A DNA stretch of 56,194 nt from Trypethelium eluteriae (taxonomy: Eukaryota), in NCBI GenBank assembly GCA_051942245.1, contig JAVECL010000092.1, forward strand, positions 1 through 56,194. Reading direction: 5' to 3'. Below the pieces are notes generated by a model, which saw only the letters and a list, made by a program, of their open reading frames with translations, did no database searches and was not told the DNA's origin. Below, piece after piece: positions 33,824 through 46,398 of the stretch; the stretch's first letter is position 1; every line of letters starts with the position of its first letter. The position numbers and the translations under genes are program-made.

Positions 33824-35148
33824 AACGTTCTGCGCCTAAAGTAGGTGGATATTAAGGGCGTAGCTCCCAAACACAATATGTGAACGCTGGAGCTAATATT
33901 ACGGAATGAAGAGGAACGGAAAAAAGAGGACATAAGACATGCCCACGACAAGATATCCACGGTTGTCTTACTTTTTTCCTCAGCTCCGAATGCGAAGCTG
34001 GAAGACGAGCACTTGCGATTACCGGTTTATCGTTTCTTGGCGATCATCCTGCAAATTGGGAAGCTTAGGCGAGTTTGACGGAGATTTATGCAAGTAAGCG
34101 GGTCGCTAATCGGTGTCGTGGTGAAGGAGGGCAACCAATGCTTGTAGAATACGACCGTAAGCATGCAGCGAGCCAACGACACTGCTTGGTCGATGCTAAA
34201 GTGGCTGGATCTACACTGAGTCCAGCCCATCTTTCCCTCGTCTCACCCAAGATACAGTACTCTGCTATTGGATTGCCCTACCCCAAATATGCAATGGAGA
34301 TCTAGCACTGACACTGTCGAGGTCATGTGGTTTCGGCTCTGAAAAGGAATGCGTTCTTACGCTACTTAGGAGAAGCTTAGAATACATATCCTGATTGGAG
34401 CTCTGAGTACACTGATGTCCATTTCAGTCAGTTCTGCCAATCACCCCAGCATAGAAACACAAGGTAGAAATGGCTCCATGTCATGCCAGAACTTATCTTA
34501 CAAGGTAGATAGGCTCTTGCAGTAACGATCTTGCTACAGAAGAAGCCCTGACCCATGACTAGAGGGGTTTTCAGCGCAAATGCGACTGCAAGGCATCATC
34601 TATGGCATCGGTCGCAACCTCTAGCTAAAAGAGCTGGCAATCTGATCCCCTATCACGTCACGGAGAGAGAGGTGTACTCGTGTTATCACCTGAACTCAGT
34701 TCTGGGAGTACCTCAATGCCATTGGGAAATTCTTCCAGAGCCGTAGTGCCGTCCATCTCGTACCGGTTCCATGGCGCTCCATCCTTTGGGGCGTTCTGGC
34801 CCAACAAGAGTGTTCTGCCATGGGGTTGGTTTCCGAGGCTCATTGCTCCCCCGCTGGTCGGAATTGGAATCTTTGCTTGAGAAGATAAAAAATTGCAGCC
34901 CCAAAGCCAAGCAGTCCCACGGCAGTAGTATTATAAGCTTTGCTTCCTCGCACCATAATCCTTACATACCATGTCAGGCTCTCCCGCCGCATGTGTGGTT
35001 CCGCGATTCGATAAGGAAGAAAAGATATGACTGGCCACCAGTGTCCTACGGGCCCAAAGTTTTCATAACGAAAGTCATCATTCAGCCAAAAGTACTCACG
35101 AGCTTGCTGTCGCTTGCCTTGAATATACAAACTTTCCTGTGAGATTCT

Positions 35149-37051
35149 CTAGTTTGACCTCGATATATTTTCTTGATCGTCATTGCGCAACCTCACTTGT
35201 ATTTCTGCTTCATTGGATGGCATGGATATTGAAACAAAATCGAGACTCTTCGGCCGACCACCTTCTATCCTGATGTCATAATTCATGATGATGTGAGCCA
35301 GCATGAGCTTCATAAATTGCGACGCTAAGAAGCGCCCTGCGCAAGCATGTCGGCCATTACCAAAAGGGAGCCATGTGTCACTAGTAGTTACGAGCGCTTG
35401 ACCCCTCTGCTCAACGAGGCGACTTGATCGGGTCTTTAGATCGCTGTGTCGTAGCGACGCGCCTATAGACTCCTCACGGGGTCGCGAGAAACGGAACGCG
35501 TCATATTCCAGAGGTGCGTAATATATGTTCGGGTCACGATGGATGGAATGATTTGGCGTCGAAACACGCACGCCCTTCGGAATGTGGAGCCCATCGCCCA
35601 AATCGATTCCATTGGCTGCAGTAACCTAAGCCAGAAGCATTAGATATATGTCTAATACTGTGCTAGCAGGAATCACTCACCATTCTATGTATACCCAGAC
35701 CACTGAACTCAGAGAGACGCATTGATTCCCGAATAGCAGAGTCTACCCTGAGTAGACTATTGACAGCATCCTTTGACCAACGGCCCCCATGTGCTCTGAA
35801 GACACGGGTGCACTCTTCACGGAGAGATTCAACAAATTCTCCGCACCGTGGCGAACTGTATATGTTAAGAATTACATTCGTGATAGTGATACTCGACGTG
35901 TGGATGGCAACCATATTAATAGATAGCAATCGACGGCATATCTGGCTAGGATCAAGCACGCCCGGGGTGTTCCGTCGTTGACATTCCTCAATCACCCACT
36001 GCATACAATCGATCTGGCCATCGATGGTTAGTATCAAGTCTACTCCACTAGATAGCAGTCAAAGAATCTCACCGGGGCTTGCAGATCGGAGTCTGGTTGA
36101 GCGGCCTTATTTGCAATCATCTCAAGTCTGTCTCTAATGACTGGCACTGCATATTTTTGGTAAATAGCAAGATTTTTCCGGTTGGGGAAGACAATGATGG
36201 GACCAATAATCGGGCGAAGCCACACAGGAAAAAGCTTGATAATTGCAGCTGCCCAAACAACACCTCTCGCGTATAGCCACGCATGTTCTACGAACTCATT
36301 GTTTCGACCTGGAAGTCAGGATCGATGTTTGTTCCTTTTAGGAATTTCTGGACACTACTTACAGAGTTCTACTCCTGTGAACACTCGGCTTTCCGTCCTG
36401 GCAACGATTTTCGTGCACGTTGGTAAAACCTTTATCGGTGTCCACTCATCTTGGACCACCTTCCATTGGTCTTTGATAGCAAGCGCTAGCTCCTCATATA
36501 TGGATTCCGTTAGCAATGGCAGACTGCGCGTTAACCGCCGCCGGACAATATCGAAATGAAAATTGTCGATGCTGATGTCGTCACCAACAGTATAAGTTGT
36601 CTGTACCTGCTCGTTCAGGAGAACGTGCGCATCGACCTCGGCGTCGGATTTCTGGAAAAGTTCGTGCATTTTCGCCGGTGGAAGGACCACGAACAGATTG
36701 TCCCCGAAATGTGGCATGATATATGGCTCGTTTTTCTTCGAATACTGGAAGGCAAATGTGAGTTCAAAAGACTCCTCTTACGTATCCAGAGTGAATTGCA
36801 GATGTTTGACTGACTCGTTCGTAACTCTCCTCGATCATCAGGCGCATTCCCTTGATAGATTTCATCTTTGCCCGAATTTTCGGAAACCACCCTTTGTCCG
36901 ACCCAGCCCATGGCAACGAACGTAGGAATTGCTGTGAAGCGGAGTGATTGGTAGGTAGCACACAGCTGGATAGCAGCCATGAGCCAAGGATTAGGACAAC
37001 GGCTATGACCACTGGTTGCACTGCATTTGCGACTGCTTCAGCCTCAGCCAT
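35149..37051 (-). CDS. Cytochrome P450 (ent-kaurene-oxidase-like clan)
   Basis: N-terminal anchor, I-helix MVAIHTSS, ESMR, YDAFRF and heme motif FGNGRHACAGR. Five exons splice in frame. Start codon uncertain. Confidence 0.9.
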
Positions 37052-38930
37052 AAATGAAACAGTTAACAGCAGTTGCGAGTTATGAATGCCAACATCTGTC
37101 AGATTTGAGAATGGCTGGAGGAGCGCCATGTAAGGAGCACGAAGTGGCACCAAGTCGAGGTCTCAACTCAAATCGATTGCTTGGTCTTCGATCTTTGTTG
37201 GTCTGAAGCAGCAAAGAATGTGTATGGTATTGCATGCATCGTTCCGGGCGGTAGGACGTATTATACGCCCTCTACTCGACGACATTCCCATAGGTTGAAC
37301 TTTTCTTTTTATTGAAGATCCCGGCATATTGCCAATGGTCGGAGTTGCGTTGCAGCATTTGAAGACCCGAACCGCACCAAGCAAGATACTGTGTCTACCG
37401 TAGTGGCTAGGTTAGTGGAGTACGTAGTAGTTCGTAGCGTTTTTCCAAAATCGGTCGGCACACTTCGCGTGGCTTGTCAAGTGATTTAAAGCCTATCGAC
37501 ACGTTTCACGAAGTAACAAGGTCTTGGGAACCCGGAAACTTATACATAGAACATTTGCAAAAACGACTTTTTGTAGCGATGGCCTTATGTCGACACTATG
37601 TGCTCGCATCATTCACTTCAACTCCATGAGTGCGGCCGAGTTCTGTACAACCCAATGAAAGGCCATGCATCTCAGTCCGGCGTTGGTATGAATGTTGTGC
37701 ATTGGTGGCTTGCCATCGCTTCAATGGAATCGTGGTCGCGGAGCATCTCGATATGACTGCCGTATTCGATTTGCGGAGAAAGGGATCGAGTGATTAGAAG
37801 CGCTAGTACGTGCGACTGGGTAACATCGCGCGTGTTAAATGTTCAATCTCGTTGCTTCTTTCGAGTCTTGTATCGTCAAGATAGCTAGTTGGTTTGGGAG
37901 GCCAGTAGATAGAAGAATTGAAGGATATTTGTAAGTACCATCCCGTCTGCCCTTCCCATTTCTTCTCTCTTCAAATTTCGTGGCTCTTCGATCTCGGGTG
38001 GCTTGGGGACATAACATCATGGCTTCGTAGGTAGGCAGACGTCAAGAATGGCGGACGGGACGGAAAGCGGCACGATACCGGAATAGGGAAGGCCTCAATG
38101 CCTTTCGATGTTCGGAGGTTCCGAAGACGGATGAGGCTTGGTGACGTCAGAAGTAGTAATTTGTTTTTCCCTCGACACGGCCAGAAGGCCTCCTGGAAAG
38201 CATTATTAGGTCAGATAGTTGTGTTCTTTGATAGCCTTGATAGGTCAATATTAGGTGGTGCTTTAGTTTCTGGCCTCAGGGAGAAATTGAGTACTAATAT
38301 CTTAGACGATAGTGATGCAAGTTGACGATTCCGAGAATCAGCGATAAACTTTCACTTCATCCGTGATAAAAAGGAAGATGATGCCGTTGCGAAGGCTTGG
38401 TTCTCTATACCTCACGCGCGGACTCCACAAGGTTGGACTATTCACCAGGAGTTGAATTATGGAGATGAACTGGGAGCGGAAGGGGTTTTCAATCAAGATT
38501 GGTAGAGTATTATCATTGTTCTTCTTCTCAAGAAACGATTAGCTATTGCCGAATCAAAAGGGAAAAAAAGATATGGGCCAACAGTAAAATCAGAGATAGA
38601 GAAGCGGTTAACATAACGGCTCTTAGAATAGCTGTAGGTCCCATATCGTAGAGGTGAAAAGTGTATATCAACCCCACAATCAGCCCCGCTTGAGTTCCGC
38701 GATGTTTTCCTGAGTGAGGTATTGACTCATAACCTGGAGCTTTATAAGCCTTTCTGGTCTTGCTAAAGCTAGTCTTCAAAAATTTATTACAAAGTTATCA
38801 GAATCTCGCGTGCAGAGCCGAATTTTCAATTGAGTGTTGTAGACTTGTAGATACTTTTCACTGGTTCGAAGAAATATACCTACTAAAACATTGCTGCCAA
38901 CGGTGAAGCGAGCCGTTGCACAATACGAAA

Positions 38931-40502
38931 ATGGCCCAGTCTTCAGATCAACCGGCCACATTGCCAACTGCTTCTTCAACCCATTCCTTCTGGCATAGCG
39001 ATCCCTCCCCGTTCCTCACGAATCATCACACCACAGAAAAGCTTCCGCATTCTGCCGATGTCGTGATCGTTGGCAGCGGTATTACTGGTTCCTCAGCAGC
39101 TCATCATCTTGCTGAATTCTCATCGTCTCAGAGACAAGATCTGAACATTGTATTACTCGAAGCACGAGAAGCATGCTGGGGTGCTACCGGTCGCAATGGC
39201 GGACATTGCCAGCCACTTCTGTATGACCGGCCTGTTGATGTCGCTCGTTTTGAAGTGGCCAATTACAATGCCGTCCGAAAGATGGTGGATCCTACTTGGT
39301 CAAAGGGAAGCAAGCACATCTCTTGCGAGTACCACGCTCAACCCAGCTGTCGTGCATTCTACGACAAAAAGCTCATGGCAGCTGCAGAAGAAGATGTGCG
39401 GTCTTTTCAAAGGGAAGCTCCAGATCTTGCCCCACTCGTGCGTATCGTACACAAGGAAGACGAGCTTGCGAAGCTTAGACTTGCTGGCGCTGCAGGCGCA
39501 ATTTTCTCGCAGCCTGCCTCGCGACTCTGGCCGTACAAGTTTGTGTGTGGGCTATTGGAACCCCTTGTACGAAACGGGAAAATCAATTTGCAGACGAATA
39601 CACCAGTAACTCACCTAGAGCCTATTCCTCACGAAGACGGTACCAAGGATGCCGCTAATGGGTACCATTGGATTCTACGTACAGCTCGTGGGACATTGAG
39701 AACAAGACACGTAATCCTAGCTACTAATGCTTATACATCGCATCTTCTCCCGTCATTTGCAGATCTCGTTGTCCCATGTAGGGGCCAAATGTCGGCATTG
39801 ATCCCGCCATCCGGTTCGAAGCGCTTGGAAACATCATTTGGCTTTGTTGGGATCCGTGGAGATAATCCGAATCATGACGATTATCTCATCCAACGACCGT
39901 CTGAAGGTGCAATCAAAGGGGTGAAAGGTCAAGGTCATCTGATGTTTGGTGGAGGAACTGGTGCTGGGAAGATACCGCCTCTTGGATCATGCGATGACAA
40001 TGTACTTGACGAAGATGTTGCAAGATACCTTCGGAGCACATTGCTTCGAGTCTTGACACTAGAAGGGTCCTCAAAGGTAGATTCGTCGAGGGAGTTGCCA
40101 GCCGCACGTCAATGGACTGGAATTATGGGTTATAGTCGCGATAATCTTCCTTGGGTTGGTTCCGTTCCACAATCATATTTGCCGCAAGGATCAGTACCTT
40201 CAAAGAGCAAAGGATCCAATCTTTGGGTATCTGCGGGATACACGGGACATGGTATGCCGAATGGGTTTCTGTGTGGCCGTGCAGTTGCAGAGATGATTGT
40301 CGCCGTAGAAGCTGGTCAGAGCATCTGGGGAGCTCATGACGCCGCGGTAAAAGGAGCCTGTATCTTACCAAGGTCATACCTTGTGACTGACCAACGAATT
40401 CGGAGGGCCCGAAAACTCCCCACGGTTGCAAAGGCAGACGAGGAAGGATGGATGGGTTTCGGACAACAATACGGCCCTGCAGATCCAGTTATCAAACTCT
40501 AA
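38931..40502 (+). CDS. FAD-dependent oxidoreductase (DAO/PuuB-like)
   Basis: Motifs VIVGSGITG, GATGRNGGH, VILATNAY, WTGIMGYS and GYTGHGM. Intronless. Confidence 0.9.
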   Translation: MAQSSDQPATLPTASSTHSFWHSDPSPFLTNHHTTEKLPHSADVVIVGSGITGSSAAHHLAEFSSSQRQDLNIVLLEAREACWGATGRNGGHCQPLLYDRPVDVARFEVANYNAVRKMVDPTWSKGSKHISCEYHAQPSCRAFYDKKLMAAAEEDVRSFQREAPDLAPLVRIVHKEDELAKLRLAGAAGAIFSQPASRLWPYKFVCGLLEPLVRNGKINLQTNTPVTHLEPIPHEDGTKDAANGYHWILRTARGTLRTRHVILATNAYTSHLLPSFADLVVPCRGQMSALIPPSGSKRLETSFGFVGIRGDNPNHDDYLIQRPSEGAIKGVKGQGHLMFGGGTGAGKIPPLGSCDDNVLDEDVARYLRSTLLRVLTLEGSSKVDSSRELPAARQWTGIMGYSRDNLPWVGSVPQSYLPQGSVPSKSKGSNLWVSAGYTGHGMPNGFLCGRAVAEMIVAVEAGQSIWGAHDAAVKGACILPRSYLVTDQRIRRARKLPTVAKADEEGWMGFGQQYGPADPVIKL

Positions 40503-40595
40503 TGACATATCACTTCTCTGAAAGAATCAGGACGAGGAAAGCCGGATCGGGTAGAATGAGTTTTATGAGCGCGCGATGTCGTTGTCGTTGCCGAG

Positions 40596-42200
40596 TCAAG
40601 CCGTAAACACCAGCGCCACCCCGCTATAGAATTGCAGTTAGTCAATGAAATTGTCTTCTCACAGATTGTGAACCAAGACTTTCTGTACTTACTCGTCACC
40701 AGCAGTAACCACTGCTTCACCACCTCCGCCTTGAACAAATCCAAGCACCCCGCCACCTTCACCTCCTCCTCTATGACCCCTCCATTCTTTCGTGAGGCCT
40801 TGCCCAGCCGCCGCAGTACCGCCCCTAGTATCCCATCGACGAACCACTCCATCATTACCACAGCTCGTCAAAAGCCACTCCGTACCAGCACCGCTGCCAC
40901 GTTTCACAAACTCCACCTTGATGACCGCCTCTTCCTCGTGAGCATGCCTGATATGCCTCCTCACAGCAAACCGATGCGCCGTATCGAACAACGCAATCGA
41001 ACCATCTACACTCCCAGAAGCCAACAAAGTCAGTGGCGGCTGAGAAAACGACAGCGTCTCCACACTATCACTCTGCGCCTGCAGGCTCGCCAGAATCTGC
41101 CCGGCCTGACCCGCACCCGCCGAGGACCCGCCACCCGCACTCTTCGCCGCACCAGCTTGCTTCCCTCCACCAGCCTTACTCTTCGATCCGCCGCCCTTCG
41201 CGCCACTGGTGACGGACGCATCGGCGCCCAGTCGCGGCAGGCCAACGATGCGGATATGGCCTTCTGCGCCACCCACAGCGGCGAACGCGCCATTGGGTGA
41301 GACGGCGATACTGTACAGCCCACCTTCGACCTTGAACCGCTCGTCATCTGCTGTCAAGCCGACGACGCTTTGGGCACCTGTAGCAGGCGCCAGGCCGGCG
41401 GCTGCGGCGTCGCCGAAGACGTCCCAGACGTAGAAGCTTGCGTCTTCGGAGACTGTAGCTAGTAGTTTTCCATCTGGAGTCCAGGCTCCGGCTGTGCAAG
41501 GGCCGGTGTGTAGGTAGAAGGCCTGGACGATGGTGAGTGGGGAGTTGACATCGTCAGCGTTGATACTGTAGACCCAGACGGAGCCATCTGAGGCGCCGAG
41601 AGCGATAGTGTTCGGGTAGTTGGTATTAGGGCATGGCGCAAGCCAGTTGATTTCTTCGACTTCTTGTGCCTCGGCAAGGAATTGCCATTTTCTGCCTGTG
41701 CTGTCGCCCTGCCAAGCGCGCAGACGGCCGTCGAGTCCTGCAGTGAGGAGGTACTGGCCTTGAGGTGCGGTGAAGGCGATCGCGTTTATAGAGTCCGTAT
41801 GGCCATCGAGCCGGGCCAGTTGAGCAAGACCCTCTCTTTCTGGGGGTTGGGGATCGGTTTGGTAGCTTACTGGCAACACAGGCTGAGCAGGAGGGGTGCA
41901 ATCAAAGATATAGCCGACGTCGTCCCCGCCTCCTGTTGCTATTATTTCTGGATGTATGGGATGTTGAGCAATGGAAAAGATGCTATCTTTGTGCTTGTCA
42001 AAGTAAGCGACACTGTCGTTTTGTAGTTGGATCTCTTCAACAGGCTCGTCATGATCAGCTTCTTCCCCTCCCCCATCGTCTGAGTCCATGTGCGCATCTT
42101 GATCGGTAGGAATCTCCTCTGCTGCTTCAGCCGGATCCAGCATCGCTTCATCGAGCTCTTCCTCGTTGGTGCCCTCCGTGTTTGTGGGATGCGATGCCAT
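40596..42200 (-). CDS. SQT1: WD40 ribosome assembly chaperone Sqt1 (AAMP-like)
   Basis: Acidic N-terminus, NDSVAYFDKHKDSIF, TGGGDD and several WD repeats. Final intron 40624-40692 gives ...TAGDDGVALVFTA*. Confidence 0.85.
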
Positions 42201-42657
42201 CTTGAATACCTGATGTAGGTGTGTTTCAACCTTCAGGAATCGCCGAAAAATAGATTCCGCGCAAGTGATACACCAAAAAAAATTGCTGGCGACAATTGGC
42301 TTCTTATATGCCCATCTATGCTTCTGGCTGATTATATAAGTTTTGTTGCTGAGAAATCTTTCTATATGACTCGACTTTTATCCGAGAGGAATCCATTGCA
42401 CAAAATGCATAAAATGCACAAAAGCGTTATCCATATGTGGTTTGAATGATTCCAGTCCATTTGCCACTGAGCAGCTCCATGAGTCTTACTTTCCTCGACT
42501 TACATTGCGGAAGTACATCAATATTCAGCAACAGTTTCGATGCAGGACTATACCGCCATATACGCGCAGCTAAGTAAATAAAGCAAATTGCCTCTTTGTA
42601 CTATTCAGCTTGTCTGTTGTGTCATTGTTGATCTTGCAGGGCTGTCAATCAATACCA

Positions 42658-44373
42658 ATGCCCAAGAAGCATAATCAAAATTTCAATCTATCAAAAACCC
42701 GTTATGTTCATCCGTCTCTAACCAGTACGAAAGAAAATCATGGCGAAGCTTCCTCTGGGCCATCTCCAGGGGTCAACGAACGATTGAACCAGCTTCGACT
42801 TTCTCAGTCTCCGAAAGCGTCACCAGAAAAAGTAGATCAAATAACCGCAGCCGTGACGCAAAAGTCAGTTCCGCCTAACCTCAGAGCGGTGCTCAACATA
42901 CCGGAGCCAGCAGCTCCTCGTCCAAAACCTGGTGTACGAAGACGCCGTTTGCCTGGCCAGCCCGCAGGTCCGGCGGCTCCTCAAAGCTGGATGGAGCGGA
43001 GTCAACATGCTCCCTCCTATGAGCGAGCACGAGCACGAAAGCGCGCACGATACTCAGCTGCACAGTCGAAAACCCGGTTTCGTCCTCCTGACGTTGACCG
43101 CCTTCCTGGGGTGGAGATGCCCAAGAAAGGGAGCCTGGTTGAGCAGGCACTGAAGACCATGGCTATAGAATGGGAATTTGTCTCGGAGTATGAGCAGCTG
43201 AATTTAGCGACAATTCCGGCAAGACTAAAGAGCGCATTGCTCAGCTATCTTGCTGCTTATGGCCCAGAGACTGGCATCACCCTTGGCAATCTACGATCAC
43301 TGTTTTACACTGAGGAACAGATCCCAGGAGGCACGGGTACTCAAGACTTTAAAAGACTTGATCTTGCTGGTCTCATCGGAAGGGACTTAACCCTGAACCC
43401 ACTTGTAAGATATCTTGCAAACCCAGACAGACCAATGTCCAGCACAAAAAGAAGAAGCTACGGAGCCGAATCACAAAAGGCGGAGCTCCTGGAATCCTGG
43501 GACCAAGAGGGTCTAGAGATCTCGCCAGCATTGAACATCAATAGCTTTTCCGCAATAACACACCTTTCCTTAGCCCGGCCGGATCCGAACAGCCCGTTAC
43601 TATGGTCCTCACTCATATCGCTCACAAGCCATCTACCCACTATTACCCATCTATCGTTAGCCTACTGGCCTGCCCCATCACTTACACCGAATTCCAATAC
43701 AGCCTCGGTTCACGCCAAAGGATCGCCACGCCCGGTCCAGCTCAGCGGTACTGGGTTTTACTCTCATAGCTTGGACGAGGACTACAGCGAAGCCTCGAAT
43801 ATCTTGAGAAGACTGAGTCTGAATACAATCTGTCTCGAGTGGCTCGATCTGGAAGGCTGTTGTGACTGGTGGCCAGCCCTTATCTGGGCCATATGCACAG
43901 ACCGCAGCCAGCGCAGTGGCATCCAGTCAATCGAGCTGCCTCGTGCTGGTCGTGAGGAGGCAACCCAACAGACACAGAGGAGAGCGGACCAGCCCTCAGA
44001 TGAAAGCAATGCCCGAAGAACCGATGCCGCTAACGAGTGGAGTTCCCAGGTTCCGTTGGGACCAGACTGGAATGGCCCATGGCGCTTCATTCGCTACATT
44101 AAGTTAAGTCAGGGCTGGGTGCCAACTAATCTGACTCAAGCGACTATGCAATGGGGCCCTTGCGGGGTATTGAGGTCCCTTCAAGGCTATCTAGATCGAT
44201 CAAAAGAAAGTGGCAGAGACACTTCGATTGAATGGATTGAGGATGCCGGCAGGCTTGAACTATCCGAATGGATCCCACTAGAGAGACGTGCGCAGGTCAT
44301 CAAGGCAATGATCCAGAGGACAAGGAATGGTGGTAATATTGTCGAAGTGGATCACGGCTGGACTGTCTCTTAG
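42658..44373 (+). CDS. Conserved fungal protein with LRR/RNI-like segments
   Basis: ATG 42658 (MPKKH), PAGPAAPQSW, repeated ITHLSLA, LEWLDLEGC. Function unknown. Confidence 0.75.
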   Translation: MPKKHNQNFNLSKTRYVHPSLTSTKENHGEASSGPSPGVNERLNQLRLSQSPKASPEKVDQITAAVTQKSVPPNLRAVLNIPEPAAPRPKPGVRRRRLPGQPAGPAAPQSWMERSQHAPSYERARARKRARYSAAQSKTRFRPPDVDRLPGVEMPKKGSLVEQALKTMAIEWEFVSEYEQLNLATIPARLKSALLSYLAAYGPETGITLGNLRSLFYTEEQIPGGTGTQDFKRLDLAGLIGRDLTLNPLVRYLANPDRPMSSTKRRSYGAESQKAELLESWDQEGLEISPALNINSFSAITHLSLARPDPNSPLLWSSLISLTSHLPTITHLSLAYWPAPSLTPNSNTASVHAKGSPRPVQLSGTGFYSHSLDEDYSEASNILRRLSLNTICLEWLDLEGCCDWWPALIWAICTDRSQRSGIQSIELPRAGREEATQQTQRRADQPSDESNARRTDAANEWSSQVPLGPDWNGPWRFIRYIKLSQGWVPTNLTQATMQWGPCGVLRSLQGYLDRSKESGRDTSIEWIEDAGRLELSEWIPLERRAQVIKAMIQRTRNGGNIVEVDHGWTVS

Positions 44374-44456
44374 ATATTACGACGGGCCATGGGCTGGGAA
44401 ATCACTCGTAGTTTGGCAATCGAGATTCTCGGACCGTACCGTAATAAACTATGTGC

Positions 44457-45469
44457 TCAGTAATCTTGTATCCCCGTTTCGCCATTCAAGACTTTCTCGA
44501 CTTGCTCATCTCCACTGCCTGGCGTGCCCCAGCTTGGCTCCTCGTCATCAAACCAATCTTCCATCCTCCTCCTTTCCTCTTCATCATGGTCATCCCATTC
44601 AGAATTGTCGTCCACTTGCTCATAGCGAAACTCATTGTCTTTGCCCTCTAGAAATCTTGCGCTCATGACCTGGCTCCATTGCCGAAATGCATCCTCCCTC
44701 GATTCTGGATTTGTATCCGGTCGAGCACTGTCGAAATCCTCCATATTCCCACCACCACTACTGACTTCCTCCTTTTGATCATTGGTAGAGTCATTAACTT
44801 CATTGCTGCGCCCAACTTCGTGGCGACCTTGTCCGACATTTTCATCATCTCGCTCCTCAATCTTCGGATCCATAGGATGTCTAGCCTCCAGTCCCTGCTC
44901 CTGCCTTGTTTTTGCCTCCTCGATTCTTGCCTCGCCCCTTAGCAAGCTTGCCTCAATCGTTCCAGCAAAGCCCCTGTTCTTCCCTTCTGCTTCCCTCTCC
45001 GCGGCAGATTGGAAGCGCCGTACTAATCGATCATAGAGGAGGGGATCTGTGGATGAATAATCCTTAGTCAGTAACACGACCCCTCGTTACTAAATCTCCA
45101 CCAGATGTGAATGCTTTTATGCGTCGCATGTAATTGAGAAAGGGGTTACGAACCTGCGCTTTCGAGCTCTGAGCCTTGAAAGTACTCGGGATGCGCCTCC
45201 AACCATCTCCGCCGCCGATTCTTTATTTGGATCCAGCGCTGACGGTTCCGCTCTGATTCTGCGCTTCTTCTTGTCTGACCAGAGAGCTCCGCCCTCAGTT
45301 GTTGCTCCGAGATATCTGATCCAGATGTCCTGAGATTTGCTGTCCAGGAAGATTGCGCTTGTTTGAGATACGCATCAATGAATGGCGACTCAACCGTGGC
45401 TGCGAGTTCCGGGGGAATGGGACGAGTCGGATCGTCGTCAGCGGATCTTTGTAGAGGAAGTAGAGGCAT
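44457..45469 (-). CDS. CCDC97-like (DUF2052) protein
   Basis: IKNRRRRWLEAHPEYF, intron 45047-45153, then DPLLYDRLVRRFQ, RFLEGKDNEFRYEQVDDNSEWDD and EDWFDDEEP. Confidence 0.82.
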
Positions 45470-46398
45470 ATCTTCAACGTGAAACAGTCCTTCAATATTG
45501 GAACCATGTCGCGTTTTTGATTTTCCCCGCGACAGGGATCAGAAGGCGAGTATGGACATTGAACTTCTGATGGTTCCACCAGTTCGCTGATGAAAGATGA
45601 CGTAAGTGTTCTGACTCGAGGGACGTTTGGTCTTGACAACTTTAACCGAAAACTCGGGGAATTATTACTTCCCATAGTTGCGAATGAAACTCATCCCCAT
45701 TCATATCGTCTGTCCATTCAGCATCACATACATGTCGGCATGTCAGATGGCATAGTTCACATTAAGATAGCGAAAATTCAGCTATTTGTGCAATTCTACC
45801 GAAGGTGAAGCAATGATAACACGATTATGAGCGGATCTTATGCACAATGTGCGTGCTATCTGCATGCGCCGTTGCTCCGTGTGCATAAGCAGCCTTGACT
45901 TGCCTGCCTGCCTTTTCTGACAAATAGACGTCGGTACGGAGCCGTCAATAGTTCAAATTGAGCTACTGAAGAGTTGTTGGAAACATCGCTTGGTCCCTAC
46001 TCCAGTCCATCGGAGGGTCAACAAAATGTTAGAGCTCTTTTGACGCCGAACTGGCCGAGGATTTCGAAACTTGATGAGCCAGAGGAGACTCACTGTCCAA
46101 CGGCACGTGAAGCCCTTGCTCCGTGACCAAGGCAGATTGAAGTAAACGAAGGCTACCAGGAAGCTGGCAGATTTTCATTATGACCCGACGACGTTTATTC
46201 TTCCAAAACGAGGAGAAAAAAGGAAGGGAAAAAAACTGAACACATTGCGGGTCAGTTATCGGCCTGCCACTAGGGTGTGACTTTTACGCATGCTGTATTG
46301 CTCCGATTACAACTGCACGACACTCCCTTTATAGGTCCACCATCTTCGTCAATTTTGATCGGTGTGGACCATTCTATCACAATTCAGAATGATGCCGC

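Noticed and set aside
38200..38830. Stop-riddled minus-strand stretch with a hydrophobic 78-aa ORF, possible pseudogene
   Set aside because: No recognisable motif and no coherent frame.
2707..45469. Apparent clustering of RNA-processing genes (FAL1, PRP9, SYF2, CCDC97-like)
   Set aside because: They are spread over 43 kb among unrelated genes, with no evidence of a functional cluster.
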